From Myxococcota bacterium (GTDB lineage: Bacteria; Myxococcota_A; Polyangia; Nannocystales; Nannocystaceae): a DNA stretch of 64,000 nucleotides. Positions 26,274 to 35,372 of the stretch are shown one piece after another. Location of the stretch: contig JBCCHT010000001.1 in the NCBI GenBank assembly GCA_039028615.1, positions 224,001 through 288,000 on the forward strand, read 5' to 3'. A model generated the notes under the pieces. That model was not told the origin of the DNA and ran no database searches. It saw only the letters and a list, made by a program, of their open reading frames with translations. How positions within the stretch are numbered: position 1 is the first letter of the stretch; every line of letters begins with the position of its first letter. Position numbers and translations under genes: made by a program.

Positions 26274-27695
26274 TCACGGCGAGTCTCGGGCCCGATGCGC
26301 AAGCTCGATGAAGATGCCCCCTTTGCGCTTGATCGCGCTCGAGACTCGGAGGTCACGCGTGGAGAATGATGGAGCGGCCACGGTCGTCTTCGGAAGCCGA
26401 TAGCGCTGAAGAATGCGCGCCAGGATCAGCTGCCCCTCCATCAACGCGAACTCCCGCCCGATGCACATCCGCTGGCCCGTACCGAAGGGCATGAAGGCCT
26501 GGCGGTGACGATCGGCCGAGCGCTCCGCCGAGAAACGGTCGGGATCGAAGACGGTGGACTCCGGCCAGTGCTCGGGATGATGGTGGATCGTGTAAGGCAG
26601 CAAGATCACCGAAGTGCCCGCCGGGATGTGGAACCCGTCGATGGTGTCGTCGTCGACGGCCGCCCGGGTCAGCCACCAAATCGGCGGGATGAGGCGCATC
26701 GTCTCCTGCAGGACCTGACGCGAGTAGGACAGCGAACGGAGGTCGTCGAAGGTCGGCGTACGCTCTCCCAGCACGGTATCGACCTCCTCGCATAGCCGCG
26801 CCGCGACCTCGGGATGACGCTCGAGCAAGTGGAGCGTCCAGCTCAGGACGACGGCGGACGTCTCATAGCCGCCGAGGAACAGGGTCACCGCCTCGTCCCG
26901 GAGCTGCTCGTTGGACATGCCCTTGCCGTCCTCCGTGTCGACGGCGTCCAAGAGCATCTGAATGAAATCGTCGGAGTCGACGCGGTGTCGCTGCCGATCC
27001 GCGATGACCTTGTCGATGGTGCCGTGGATGATCTGGATGGACTCTCGGTAGCGCCGCTGCCCGGGGGCGGGCAGCCACTTCGGTAGAAGGCTGAACACCA
27101 TCCCCCTCAAGATGAAATCCAGCGCGAAGGTGAAGGCTTCGGCGACCCGGTCGGACTCGGCTTCGTTGATCCCGGTGCCGAACATCGTGCGCAAGATGAC
27201 CTTCATCGTCATCCGCAGCAGGGCTCGTTCGGCGTCGATCGGACGCTTCGACGAGACGGCCTCGTCCCAGCCGTCCAGGCTCTCATCGATGGCCGACACG
27301 ATCTGGTCGGTCAACGCCGCCACCTTCTTCAGGTGGAACTGCGGCTGGATCATGCGTCGTTGACGACGCCACAGCTGTCCTTCACTCGTGGCGATGCCCT
27401 TGCCGACCAGCTGACGAAAGACCCGCCACATCGGCCCTTCCTTGATGTAGTTCGCGCTGCGGCTGAGCATGACGTGCTCGGCGTGGCGCGGATGGTTGAG
27501 CACGACGAACTTCTGACCGCCGAGGTTCAGCCGATAGACGTCACCGTGCTCGGCGCGCGCGTCAGTGAGAAACCCGAACAGATCGGATGCGAGCGAGGGC
27601 AGCGGACCGACCAGCGGCCAGCCCTTGGCCTGCGGCGGAAGCCTGTGCCTCGCGAATCCTCTCCCCCCCGCCGCCGTCGCTCGGTCGTTCCCCAT
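26274..27695 (-). CDS. Cytochrome P450
   Basis: GGYETS I-helix, ETMR ExxR, FDPDRF, FGTGQRMCIG heme-binding Cys. Confidence 0.96.
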   Translation of the reverse strand: MGNDRATAAGGRGFARHRLPPQAKGWPLVGPLPSLASDLFGFLTDARAEHGDVYRLNLGGQKFVVLNHPRHAEHVMLSRSANYIKEGPMWRVFRQLVGKGIATSEGQLWRRQRRMIQPQFHLKKVAALTDQIVSAIDESLDGWDEAVSSKRPIDAERALLRMTMKVILRTMFGTGINEAESDRVAEAFTFALDFILRGMVFSLLPKWLPAPGQRRYRESIQIIHGTIDKVIADRQRHRVDSDDFIQMLLDAVDTEDGKGMSNEQLRDEAVTLFLGGYETSAVVLSWTLHLLERHPEVAARLCEEVDTVLGERTPTFDDLRSLSYSRQVLQETMRLIPPIWWLTRAAVDDDTIDGFHIPAGTSVILLPYTIHHHPEHWPESTVFDPDRFSAERSADRHRQAFMPFGTGQRMCIGREFALMEGQLILARILQRYRLPKTTVAAPSFSTRDLRVSSAIKRKGGIFIELAHRARDSP

Positions 27696-27798
27696 CGTGT
27701 CTCCCCGAGGTCTTCTAATACCTCAGGCCGGTCGACCCACGATGCCGCAAACGCCGATGTCCTCTGTAGGTGATTTCATTAAATCGCCGCACCACGAC

Positions 27799-28920
27799 TC
27801 AAGCCGCGCCCGTGACCTGGCCGGTGCGCTCCCGCTCGAAGTCGCGATGGATCATGTCCACGATGCGTCGCGCTCCGCTGGCCTCCGGCACCTGCGCGCG
27901 AAGGGCCTCCGCCAATCGCGGCACGGCGTGCCGAAGCTGGTCGAGTCGTTGCGCGCTCCAGGCCCGCTCCACCGCATCGGGTTCGTCCAGATCCAGCAGT
28001 CGTTCGTGCAGGGTCGCGACGCAGCGAAAGATCATCAGGCCCTGGATCATCGTGATCACCGGACGCGAGTGGCCCGAGACGGGTGAGCACATGCGCTCGC
28101 GCTTGAGGGGCAACCCCGTGGGCTCCGACAGCTCCCACCACAGCCACATGCGTTGGTGCAGGTACTCGTGCAGTAGCGCCTCGGCGAGGGCCGCGAGCCC
28201 GACCGAGAACGGGTTGACGAACAACACCCCGCGAAAGCGCAGCCGCAAGTTGAAACTCCACTGCGCCTGGGTCGGAGGCACTTGGGCGCCCGGCACGGGC
28301 GGCAATAGAGCGACCCCGCTGATCACCCGGCGAAAATCCGCCGACACCATCGGCGCGACGCGGTCGAGCCATTCCCGCGCGGCTTGATAGCGCTCGATGG
28401 CGACCTGAGAGTTCCCCGCGGGATGGTCCGGTGCGTAGTCGGGCGGAAAGGGAAGGTCGGCGAACAGGCCCGGCAGCGGCAAATAGACCATCGTCCCGTC
28501 CGGGTGCCACCACGTAGCGAGTCGGGGCAGCACCACGCCATCGCGCCGCTCGACGACCCCCTGGCCGAGATGCTCGAGTCGATAGATACCGTCTTCGTTG
28601 CCGGGTGCATCCACTGGGACCTCGCCCGTCACGATGGCGAGCCGCTGAAGCTGACGGTCGACGTCGCGCTCGTTCGAGCATCGATCCCCGAGGGCCATCA
28701 AGGGCGCATGAACCTCGGGGTTCGCCCACCAGCGAGCCGAGATGATCGCCGGAGCGAGACGGGCGTCGAGCTCGTCGAGACGCTCCCGACGAGAGGCCAG
28801 CACCGGGTTGTCGGCGCGGCTACGCCTCAACGAGCGCAGGGGGATGGTGTTGCGCAGATCCAGCTGGTCCCGGGCGCGAACGGGGCACAACGCATCGATG
28901 AGCGTCTCGATGTGAAACAT
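27799..28920 (-). CDS. aKG-HExxH-type RiPP peptide-modifying oxygenase
   Basis: SF..RFRGVLF, LAEALLHEYLHQRM, SPVSGHSRPV..MIQGLMIF. ATG 28920 overlaps the LanB stop (TGATG). Confidence 0.8.
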   Translation of the reverse strand: MFHIETLIDALCPVRARDQLDLRNTIPLRSLRRSRADNPVLASRRERLDELDARLAPAIISARWWANPEVHAPLMALGDRCSNERDVDRQLQRLAIVTGEVPVDAPGNEDGIYRLEHLGQGVVERRDGVVLPRLATWWHPDGTMVYLPLPGLFADLPFPPDYAPDHPAGNSQVAIERYQAAREWLDRVAPMVSADFRRVISGVALLPPVPGAQVPPTQAQWSFNLRLRFRGVLFVNPFSVGLAALAEALLHEYLHQRMWLWWELSEPTGLPLKRERMCSPVSGHSRPVITMIQGLMIFRCVATLHERLLDLDEPDAVERAWSAQRLDQLRHAVPRLAEALRAQVPEASGARRIVDMIHRDFERERTGQVTGAA

Positions 28921-31544
28921 CAGTGCCTCCACGCCTGGGTCGCGGCCGACTCGCTCGGCAGGTGCTCCCAGCGGCTGAGTAGGTTCCGAGCGAAGAAGTA
29001 CGCCCAAGCCTCTTCGACTCGGTTGTCGCGGAAATGAAGTCGGGTGCCCGTCATGTGAATGACCGAGCGAAGGTGTGTCCGCAGGCGGTCGCGATTACCC
29101 GGGCGCAGCCACCCCTGGAGTCGCTCACGACGATCGAGCAGAGCGGAGTGAATCTCCGGGTCGCCCTGCCCCTGCGCCGTGGCAATGAGCGGGTCGCGAC
29201 GCTTTCGCCACAGGTCCCCCACCGCGCGCCGATCGTCGGTGGTGTAGCCGAACTCTCGCGAGAACGAGTCGAACGCCTCTCGGCAGTGCTCGGCTTGAGC
29301 CCGCGGCGGTAGCCCGGCTTGGCTCAGGGTCTGAATGATCGCCAGCGTGTACAGGTTCGTGCGCCGCTCGTCGGCCAGAGGCAGGCAAGTGCAGGGGTCG
29401 TAGAGGCTGATCGAGTCCGCGACGAACAGCTCCTCGACGGCGGCGATGTCCTCGGCCCCGCCGTAGCGGTCCCACTCCCGCAAGTAGGGTTCCACCGCCC
29501 AGTGGCGAATGAGGTGCTGGTCGAGCAGCTCGTCGAGGCCATGCGCCAGGCTCCCCTGCAGCGCCGCTTCCTTCCGAGGAATTCGTAGCCGCAGCTCGCT
29601 GCCGATGGCATCGGACACGAACACGTAGAAGAAGTCCGCGCCACACAGGTCGCTCCGCAGGCGGCGAAGCACGGTCGGCATGCGCTCGGCCAGCGCGTTG
29701 ACCCGCAGCGTGCGAAAGGGGCCCCGTACCGCGGTCATGGTCGCGGGGCGAGGCACGGCGGCCGGCCGAAAGCGCCGCGCCTGAGGCTGCACCCGCGTGG
29801 GCACCAGAGCATGGACGGCATGGCCTCGCCCATCCACGCTCAGGTCTTCGCTCTCGACGATTTCCGAGACGAAGATGTTCTCGCGGCGATGCATGCACTT
29901 GACGAGATCGCGACGGACCGCATCGTCGACGGCAGGATCGAGCGGCAACGCACTCCCGCCCGAGCCCGCGCTGATGCGCCCCTCGAGCCCCACGTGACGC
30001 AGCCACCCCTCGAGCTCGGGTCCCAGGAGCGCCCGGGGCAATCGCGCGCTCCTCCGACTGAGGATGTGACCGCGATACGTGATGCGCGGCCGCACGGGCA
30101 AGCCGGCGAAAGCGTGGTCGATGAGGCTCTTGAAGGGGCGCTCCGCGTTGGCGGCCTTGGACAGCAAGCACACCAGCGGGTGCAAGCCCGGCATCGCATC
30201 GTTGTAGGGAATGGCGCGCACGAGCGTGATCGGGCGCTGGTCTTCGCGCACCCGAAACAGGATGCGGCGCGACGTCGCCGTGACCTCGATGTCTTCGAGT
30301 CGCAGCGATCGCTGGCCATCGCTCGCCTGACCGCAGTACTCCAACGCCAGCCCCCCGGGAACGTGTACATCCGCGACGTCTCCGAGCGGTCCGGGGCCGC
30401 GGTAGGCCAGCACGACCGGCTCCGCCTCGTCGATCTCTCCGAGGCGCTCGCTCAGCCCGGGGAGTACGTAGCGACCGACGAGCTCACGCGGCTTCACCAT
30501 GAACGGCGTAGGGCAGACCAACCGGCCATCACTCGTCCAGCGCGTGCCCATGAGCATCGTGCCCGACCACTTGGCGGTGGGAATGGGAGCGTGAGACAGA
30601 TCGATCTCCGGGTCGAGCGCACGCACCTGCAGCCACCGCAGGAACGTCTCGTCCTCGGGTCCACTCTCGAAGCGAGCCTTGGCCGCTTCGCGCAGCAGAC
30701 CTTCGGCCATGCGCTCGAGCTCGGGCAACGGGAGCCAGCGCCCGTCGAGCTGGCGAGCCAGCACCCCTTGAATGACCGCGGGCTCCGGCCTTCGCAGCCG
30801 CATCAAGACCTCGCCGACCTCCTCCAGCTCGGCCACCGATGCCGGCATGCGCAACGGAGTGGAGAAGCTGGCGTACACGTTTTCGGGAGTCGCCCGATCG
30901 GGGTCGAGGATCTGCGCCACGCTGTCGTGAAGACCGACGGACCCCGGCGCGGAGCCGTCGTTCCACAGCGCACACTCCCCGGGCCGCGCCAGCACTCCCA
31001 TCCGCGACAGCTGGTCGACCAGCCCCGCCGCGCGCTGCTGGTCGTAGCCTCGATCGGCCAGTCGCGATCGCCACGCCGCCTCGCTGCCCTGACGGTGAAT
31101 CGAGAGTGCATCGCGGATCTTGCCGGGAATGCCCACACGCACCGCTTCGAAGCTCTCGGTCGACGCATCGCGGCGATACAGCGTCACCCCATCGGCATGG
31201 AACACCGCATTGCTCGAGACGCGGAGTTCATCACTGGCCGGTAGTGCGCCCCGGCGGTGGTGGACATGCACGTCGTCCATGGACGCCGCGACGCCTCGTG
31301 GCGTGGCCATGGCCGCCGCCGCGAACAGGCTCCGCGGCACCGATCGAGACCGGACCCGCGCTTCGTACAGAGCACGGGTGTCCTCGTGCTGCCCCTCCCC
31401 CAGCTGGGTGGCCAAGTCGGGATTCGACGAGGCCGCCTCGATGGCGGCGAGGAAGCGCGCCCGCTCCGTCTCGCTCGCGTCGGCGAACGAAAAGTCGGAG
31501 GGAAACAGGGAGGTTCTCAACACACACCAGTCGATGCTCATCAC
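28920..31544 (-). CDS. lanB: Class I lanthipeptide dehydratase (LanB-like), divergent
   Basis: N-terminal LRTS and YEARVRSRSVPRSLFA glutamylation-domain motifs, PRITYRGHILS, and elimination domain ELRLR, YLREWDRYGG, EELFVADS, SVIHM. Confidence 0.8.
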   Translation of the reverse strand: MMSIDWCVLRTSLFPSDFSFADASETERARFLAAIEAASSNPDLATQLGEGQHEDTRALYEARVRSRSVPRSLFAAAAMATPRGVAASMDDVHVHHRRGALPASDELRVSSNAVFHADGVTLYRRDASTESFEAVRVGIPGKIRDALSIHRQGSEAAWRSRLADRGYDQQRAAGLVDQLSRMGVLARPGECALWNDGSAPGSVGLHDSVAQILDPDRATPENVYASFSTPLRMPASVAELEEVGEVLMRLRRPEPAVIQGVLARQLDGRWLPLPELERMAEGLLREAAKARFESGPEDETFLRWLQVRALDPEIDLSHAPIPTAKWSGTMLMGTRWTSDGRLVCPTPFMVKPRELVGRYVLPGLSERLGEIDEAEPVVLAYRGPGPLGDVADVHVPGGLALEYCGQASDGQRSLRLEDIEVTATSRRILFRVREDQRPITLVRAIPYNDAMPGLHPLVCLLSKAANAERPFKSLIDHAFAGLPVRPRITYRGHILSRRSARLPRALLGPELEGWLRHVGLEGRISAGSGGSALPLDPAVDDAVRRDLVKCMHRRENIFVSEIVESEDLSVDGRGHAVHALVPTRVQPQARRFRPAAVPRPATMTAVRGPFRTLRVNALAERMPTVLRRLRSDLCGADFFYVFVSDAIGSELRLRIPRKEAALQGSLAHGLDELLDQHLIRHWAVEPYLREWDRYGGAEDIAAVEELFVADSISLYDPCTCLPLADERRTNLYTLAIIQTLSQAGLPPRAQAEHCREAFDSFSREFGYTTDDRRAVGDLWRKRRDPLIATAQGQGDPEIHSALLDRRERLQGWLRPGNRDRLRTHLRSVIHMTGTRLHFRDNRVEEAWAYFFARNLLSRWEHLPSESAATQAWRH

Positions 31545-31548
31545 GGCC

Positions 31549-32580
31549 TCACGGTTCGGGAAGAAAGAAGTCGAGGATTGGGGAATCGGGCGCCTCGGCG
31601 TAGAGCGCGGGCAGGCAGCTCGCGAGGCCGGAGATCGGGCGCAGCGTGTGCTCGTGAGCGACCCGCGGGATGCGGGCCTGCAGTCGCTGCAGGCAGCCGA
31701 TCGCCTCGGTCGAGCGCGGTCGCACGCCCAGCCGCAAGAAACGAGAGACGATGGCCGCGCGCCCGGCCTGCCCGCAACAAAAGCCTCCGTTGGTCTCGGA
31801 CTCGTCGCGAGTCGTCCGCAGCGCCTGCTGGGCGATGTGGATGAAGCGCTCGTGCTCTAGCCGTACCCCGGCCTCGACAAACACCAGCGCGTGCCCGAGG
31901 CTGCCGTTGCAGAGGCTATGGACGACCCACGAATCGGCGGGTGCTTCGTCCGTCTTGGCCGGCCAGCGAGCGCCCTGTTCGTCCTCGTGACGCCAGTTCG
32001 CCAGCCAATCGAAGCGAGCCACCAACGCGTCGCGTTCGAAGGCCGGGTGCAGCCCCGCGAGTCGGAGGGCGCGAAAGAGCAGCCCGGCGACGCCATGGGC
32101 GAACCCCAGCGGCACAGGGCGGCCGCTGGCCGTCATGCGGTCCAACGTCTGGACCTCTCGGGCGGTGAACTCCGCCCACGCGGCGAGGGTGCTCGGTTCA
32201 CGGCGGCGGCATGCCGCGAAGAACACGGGCGCATCGTTGGCGAACGTGTCGAACCCGACCGGAGCCGGCGGCGGCCGCAGTGACCCCGTCGCGCGGCCAG
32301 CGAGCGTGTCCTCGGCCCAGGTCAATCCTCGCTCGCCGTACACGAAGCTCGACGCGTAGCGCGGGGGTATGCGCGGCAACGTGGCCTCGGCGTGACGCCA
32401 GCGCAGCGCCAGCTCCGTCACGCTCGGCACCGGGCGGCCCAGCTCACGCTCGATGCACTGCCCGAGCAGGACGAGGCCCGGCCACCCCTGGAAGACACTG
32501 GGCCCTCCAATCTCGGCGGGCGCGGCACTCCGATAGCGATCGAGGATGACCGCACGGGCCGCAGCGTTCGCATTCGCCAT
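31549..32580 (-). CDS. lanC: Lanthionine cyclase, LanC-like
   Basis: GFAHGVAG, SLCNGSLG and GFCCGQAG motifs plus GxxG repeats. Start placed at ATG 32580 (GAGG SD); GTG 32649 is the alternative. Confidence 0.82.
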   Translation of the reverse strand: MANANAAARAVILDRYRSAAPAEIGGPSVFQGWPGLVLLGQCIERELGRPVPSVTELALRWRHAEATLPRIPPRYASSFVYGERGLTWAEDTLAGRATGSLRPPPAPVGFDTFANDAPVFFAACRRREPSTLAAWAEFTAREVQTLDRMTASGRPVPLGFAHGVAGLLFRALRLAGLHPAFERDALVARFDWLANWRHEDEQGARWPAKTDEAPADSWVVHSLCNGSLGHALVFVEAGVRLEHERFIHIAQQALRTTRDESETNGGFCCGQAGRAAIVSRFLRLGVRPRSTEAIGCLQRLQARIPRVAHEHTLRPISGLASCLPALYAEAPDSPILDFFLPEP

Positions 32581-32645
32581 GGTGATGGCCTCAGGGGATC
32601 GAGTGAAGGAAGGGCCGGGGCCGCCATCGACCCCGACCCCAATAG

Positions 32646-32675
32646 CCACGGCGACCCGGATAAGGGCCGCCGTGG
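32646..32675 (-). promoter_or_regulatory. Stem-loop between precursor 1 and lanC
   Basis: Minus strand CCACGGCGGCCC-TTATCC-GGGTCGCCGTGG, a 12-bp stem including one G:U pair. Confidence 0.55.
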
Positions 32676-32685
32676 AACAATGACG

Positions 32686-32865
32686 CTAGTCCCAGTCGCC
32701 GGGGGGGTACGTGGCGTCGGTGCAGGTCGACTCGGTGGCCTTGCAGCGGCGAGCGACGGGAGCAGCGGCGGCCGCAGCCGGGGCGACTCCACCAATCACG
32801 CTACCGAGGGACTCCTCGGTGATTTCGTCGTTGAGCTGGCGATCGATGTTCTTGTTCTCGGACAT
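32686..32865 (-). CDS. lanA: RiPP precursor peptide 1 (59 aa, double-glycine leader)
   Basis: MSENKNIDRQLNDEITEESLGSVIGG|VAPAAAAAAPVARRCKATESTCTDATYPPGDWD. AAGGA SD. First gene of the lanC-lanB-HExxH-P450 run. Confidence 0.88.
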   Translation of the reverse strand: MSENKNIDRQLNDEITEESLGSVIGGVAPAAAAAAPVARRCKATESTCTDATYPPGDWD

Positions 32866-33042
32866 GGTTTGCTTCCTTGTGGTGGTTGGAAACGAGGTGT
32901 TCGTTTCGCATCCGAGAAGCCCTCTCCATCGACCGACCGAGTTCTGACGGGGTGATTGGAATTTTTCTCGACCGAGCACGAACGCTCGACCGAGGGAAAC
33001 CCCGACCCGAGCGAAGGTGCAGCGGATCCCGTCGCGACCGCC

Positions 33043-33729
33043 TCAGCGCCCGAACGCCCAGCCGCCTTGCCCGTGCGCGATGAACCGAATCCCCCGCGCC
33101 CTCAAACGCTCCCCGACACGCTCGATGGCCTCCCAGGAGAGCTGGTTCCTGTAGAGGTTCACGCGCCGCAGCGCGACCAGAGCGTCGGAGTCCGCGATCA
33201 CATCGGCCCCCGCATCGTTGATCGAGTTGCTGTGCAGATTGAGTTCCTCGATCTCACCGAGATTCGGCGACTCGAGCAGGGCCGAGACGCCACCGCCACC
33301 GATGCAGCAGTTCCCCAGCTGCAGCTCCACCAGCCCCTGGACACGCCTCCCGATGTGCGCCAGCCCCGGGTCGCCGAAGGTGCAGTAGCGCAATCGAAAC
33401 GTATGGAGACGTTGCAACCGCCCCTCGTCGAGCAGGCGCACCAACGCGTCGTATTCTCGGATTCGATTGGCGCGCCGGGTCATGTCGAACACGCGCACGA
33501 GGCGAAGCCAGCTGGGATAGGGCGGCGACTCTAGGCGGCGTTTCACGGCCGAGCTCAGCGTGCGAAGTTCGTCGGGCCAGCTGCGCAGGGCCGCCTCGGC
33601 CTCGGTTACGTAACGCTCACGGGCGGGCTCGGCCGACCAATGAAGCAAAACGCCCAGGAGCCGACGCCAGCTCGCCCGCGACGGCGGCTCGTCCGTGAGC
33701 GCCTCGAGAGCCTCGCTTCGTGCGCTCAC
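33043..33729 (-). CDS. Leucine-rich repeat protein
   Basis: LVELQLGNCCIGGGG, IEELNLHSNSINDAGA, LRRVNLYRNQL. Confidence 0.82.
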   Translation of the reverse strand: MSARSEALEALTDEPPSRASWRRLLGVLLHWSAEPARERYVTEAEAALRSWPDELRTLSSAVKRRLESPPYPSWLRLVRVFDMTRRANRIREYDALVRLLDEGRLQRLHTFRLRYCTFGDPGLAHIGRRVQGLVELQLGNCCIGGGGVSALLESPNLGEIEELNLHSNSINDAGADVIADSDALVALRRVNLYRNQLSWEAIERVGERLRARGIRFIAHGQGGWAFGR

Positions 33730-33849
33730 GGACGCAACGTAGCACGCTGGAACCTAGGACTACTTCGGGTCCCGCATCGTTCGACACGCGGCGGTGCAAC
33801 GCGAGCACGCTGCGATTGGGCTGCCAAAAGTTTGCTACGCTGACGCGCG

Positions 33850-35370
33850 GTGCCCCTGCTCGACGCGCGCGATCTGACCGACGGCCACGTCGTCTCCGGC
33901 CGAGTGTGCGTCGCGGGGGCGGGTGCAGCGGGCATCACCATCGCCCGCGAGCTCGCGGCGGCCGGCGTCGATGTCGTGCTGCTCGAAGGCGGCGGCCTCG
34001 AGCGCGAAGAGTCCTCCCAACAGCTCTACGCGGGGGACAATACCGGCGACTACGACGTGCAGCTCGACACCTGCCGCAGCCGCCATCTGGGTGGCAGCAC
34101 GAACTGTTGGGCGGGCTGGTGTCGACCGCTCGAGGCAGAGGACTTCGAGGCTCGGGACTGGCTCGAAGGCAGCGGCTGGCCCGTCGACGCGCAGCACATG
34201 GCGCCGTACTACGCCCGCGCGCGTCAGACGGTCGAGATCGGGGCCGACGAGTGGGACGCGGACGGCATCGCGACGCGAACCGGCGCGTCGACGTGGGACC
34301 TCGACCCGGCCCGCACCAAGTTCCTCATCTATCAGTACAGCCCTCCCACCCGCTTTTGGTCGTTCTACGGGCCCCAGGTCGAGGCCTCGGACCGCATCAC
34401 CACCATTCATCACGCCAACGTCGTCGACATCCAGCTCACGGCCGATGGCAGCGCGGTGCAGCGCCTCGACTGCGCGACGCTCGAGGGGCTGCGCTTCACG
34501 GCGGAGTGCGACCACTACGTGATCGCGATGGGCGGCATCGACAACGCGCGGATCCTGCTGGCCTCGAACTCCCAGGAACCGGCGGGGGTCGGCAACGCGA
34601 CCGGTCGGGTCGGGACGTGCTTCATGGAGCACCCCCACTTCTACCGCCGGGCGGTGATCGCATTACGGGCGGATGTTGACGCGTCCTTCTACCTCCGCCG
34701 TCGGCAGGCGCTCACCTTCGACGATGCCAACCCCGACGGGCTCGAGGCCGAGTATATCCCCGCCCTCACCCTGCCCCCCGCCGTCCGCGAAACCGAGGGC
34801 TTGGTGGGGATGGCGGCGACCCTGAGCCGAGCCCAACCCGACGAGGTCCTCGGCTCCATCGAGTCGGTGCAAGCCGATCAGCTACGAGCGTTCATCCGCG
34901 GCATGCCCGACGATCTGCAGCTGCTCAAGCTCACCATCCGATCCGAGCAACGGCCCACGACCGACTCCCGCGTGACCCTCGGCGACGAACTCGATCCGCT
35001 GGGAGTGCCGCGGGTGGACGTGCAGTGGAGGCTGACGCAAGCGGACTACGACGACGTCCACCGTACGATCGAGCTGTGGAGTGCCGGCCTCGCGTACGCT
35101 CGGCTGGGTCGCATGTGGATGCCCACCACCGAGGATGGACACTTCGACCCCGGCATCGTCGACGGGGGATGCCATCACATGGGCACGACCCGGATGAGCG
35201 CCGACGCGGCAACCGGAGTGGTCGATCCCGACTGCCGCGTGCACGGGGTGGACAACCTGTACATGGCGGGCAGCTCCATCTTTCCAACCGGCGGATTCGC
35301 GAACCCGACGCTCACCATCATCGCCTTCGCGCATCGCCTCGCCAACCACCTCGCCACACTCTCCGGTTGA
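33850..35370 (+). CDS. GMC family FAD oxidoreductase
   Basis: VAGAGAAG, LGGSTNCWAG, VGTCFMEH, HHMGTTRM, NLYMAGSSIFPTGGFANPTLT. Confidence 0.93.
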   Translation: MPLLDARDLTDGHVVSGRVCVAGAGAAGITIARELAAAGVDVVLLEGGGLEREESSQQLYAGDNTGDYDVQLDTCRSRHLGGSTNCWAGWCRPLEAEDFEARDWLEGSGWPVDAQHMAPYYARARQTVEIGADEWDADGIATRTGASTWDLDPARTKFLIYQYSPPTRFWSFYGPQVEASDRITTIHHANVVDIQLTADGSAVQRLDCATLEGLRFTAECDHYVIAMGGIDNARILLASNSQEPAGVGNATGRVGTCFMEHPHFYRRAVIALRADVDASFYLRRRQALTFDDANPDGLEAEYIPALTLPPAVRETEGLVGMAATLSRAQPDEVLGSIESVQADQLRAFIRGMPDDLQLLKLTIRSEQRPTTDSRVTLGDELDPLGVPRVDVQWRLTQADYDDVHRTIELWSAGLAYARLGRMWMPTTEDGHFDPGIVDGGCHHMGTTRMSADAATGVVDPDCRVHGVDNLYMAGSSIFPTGGFANPTLTIIAFAHRLANHLATLSG

Positions 35371-35372
35371 TC

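Noticed and set aside
28920..31544. Reading the LanB as a PEARL that uses Cys-tRNA from the nearby CysRS
   Set aside because: PEARLs lack the elimination domain. This protein has one, sits next to a LanC, and the precursor core is rich in Ser/Thr/Cys.
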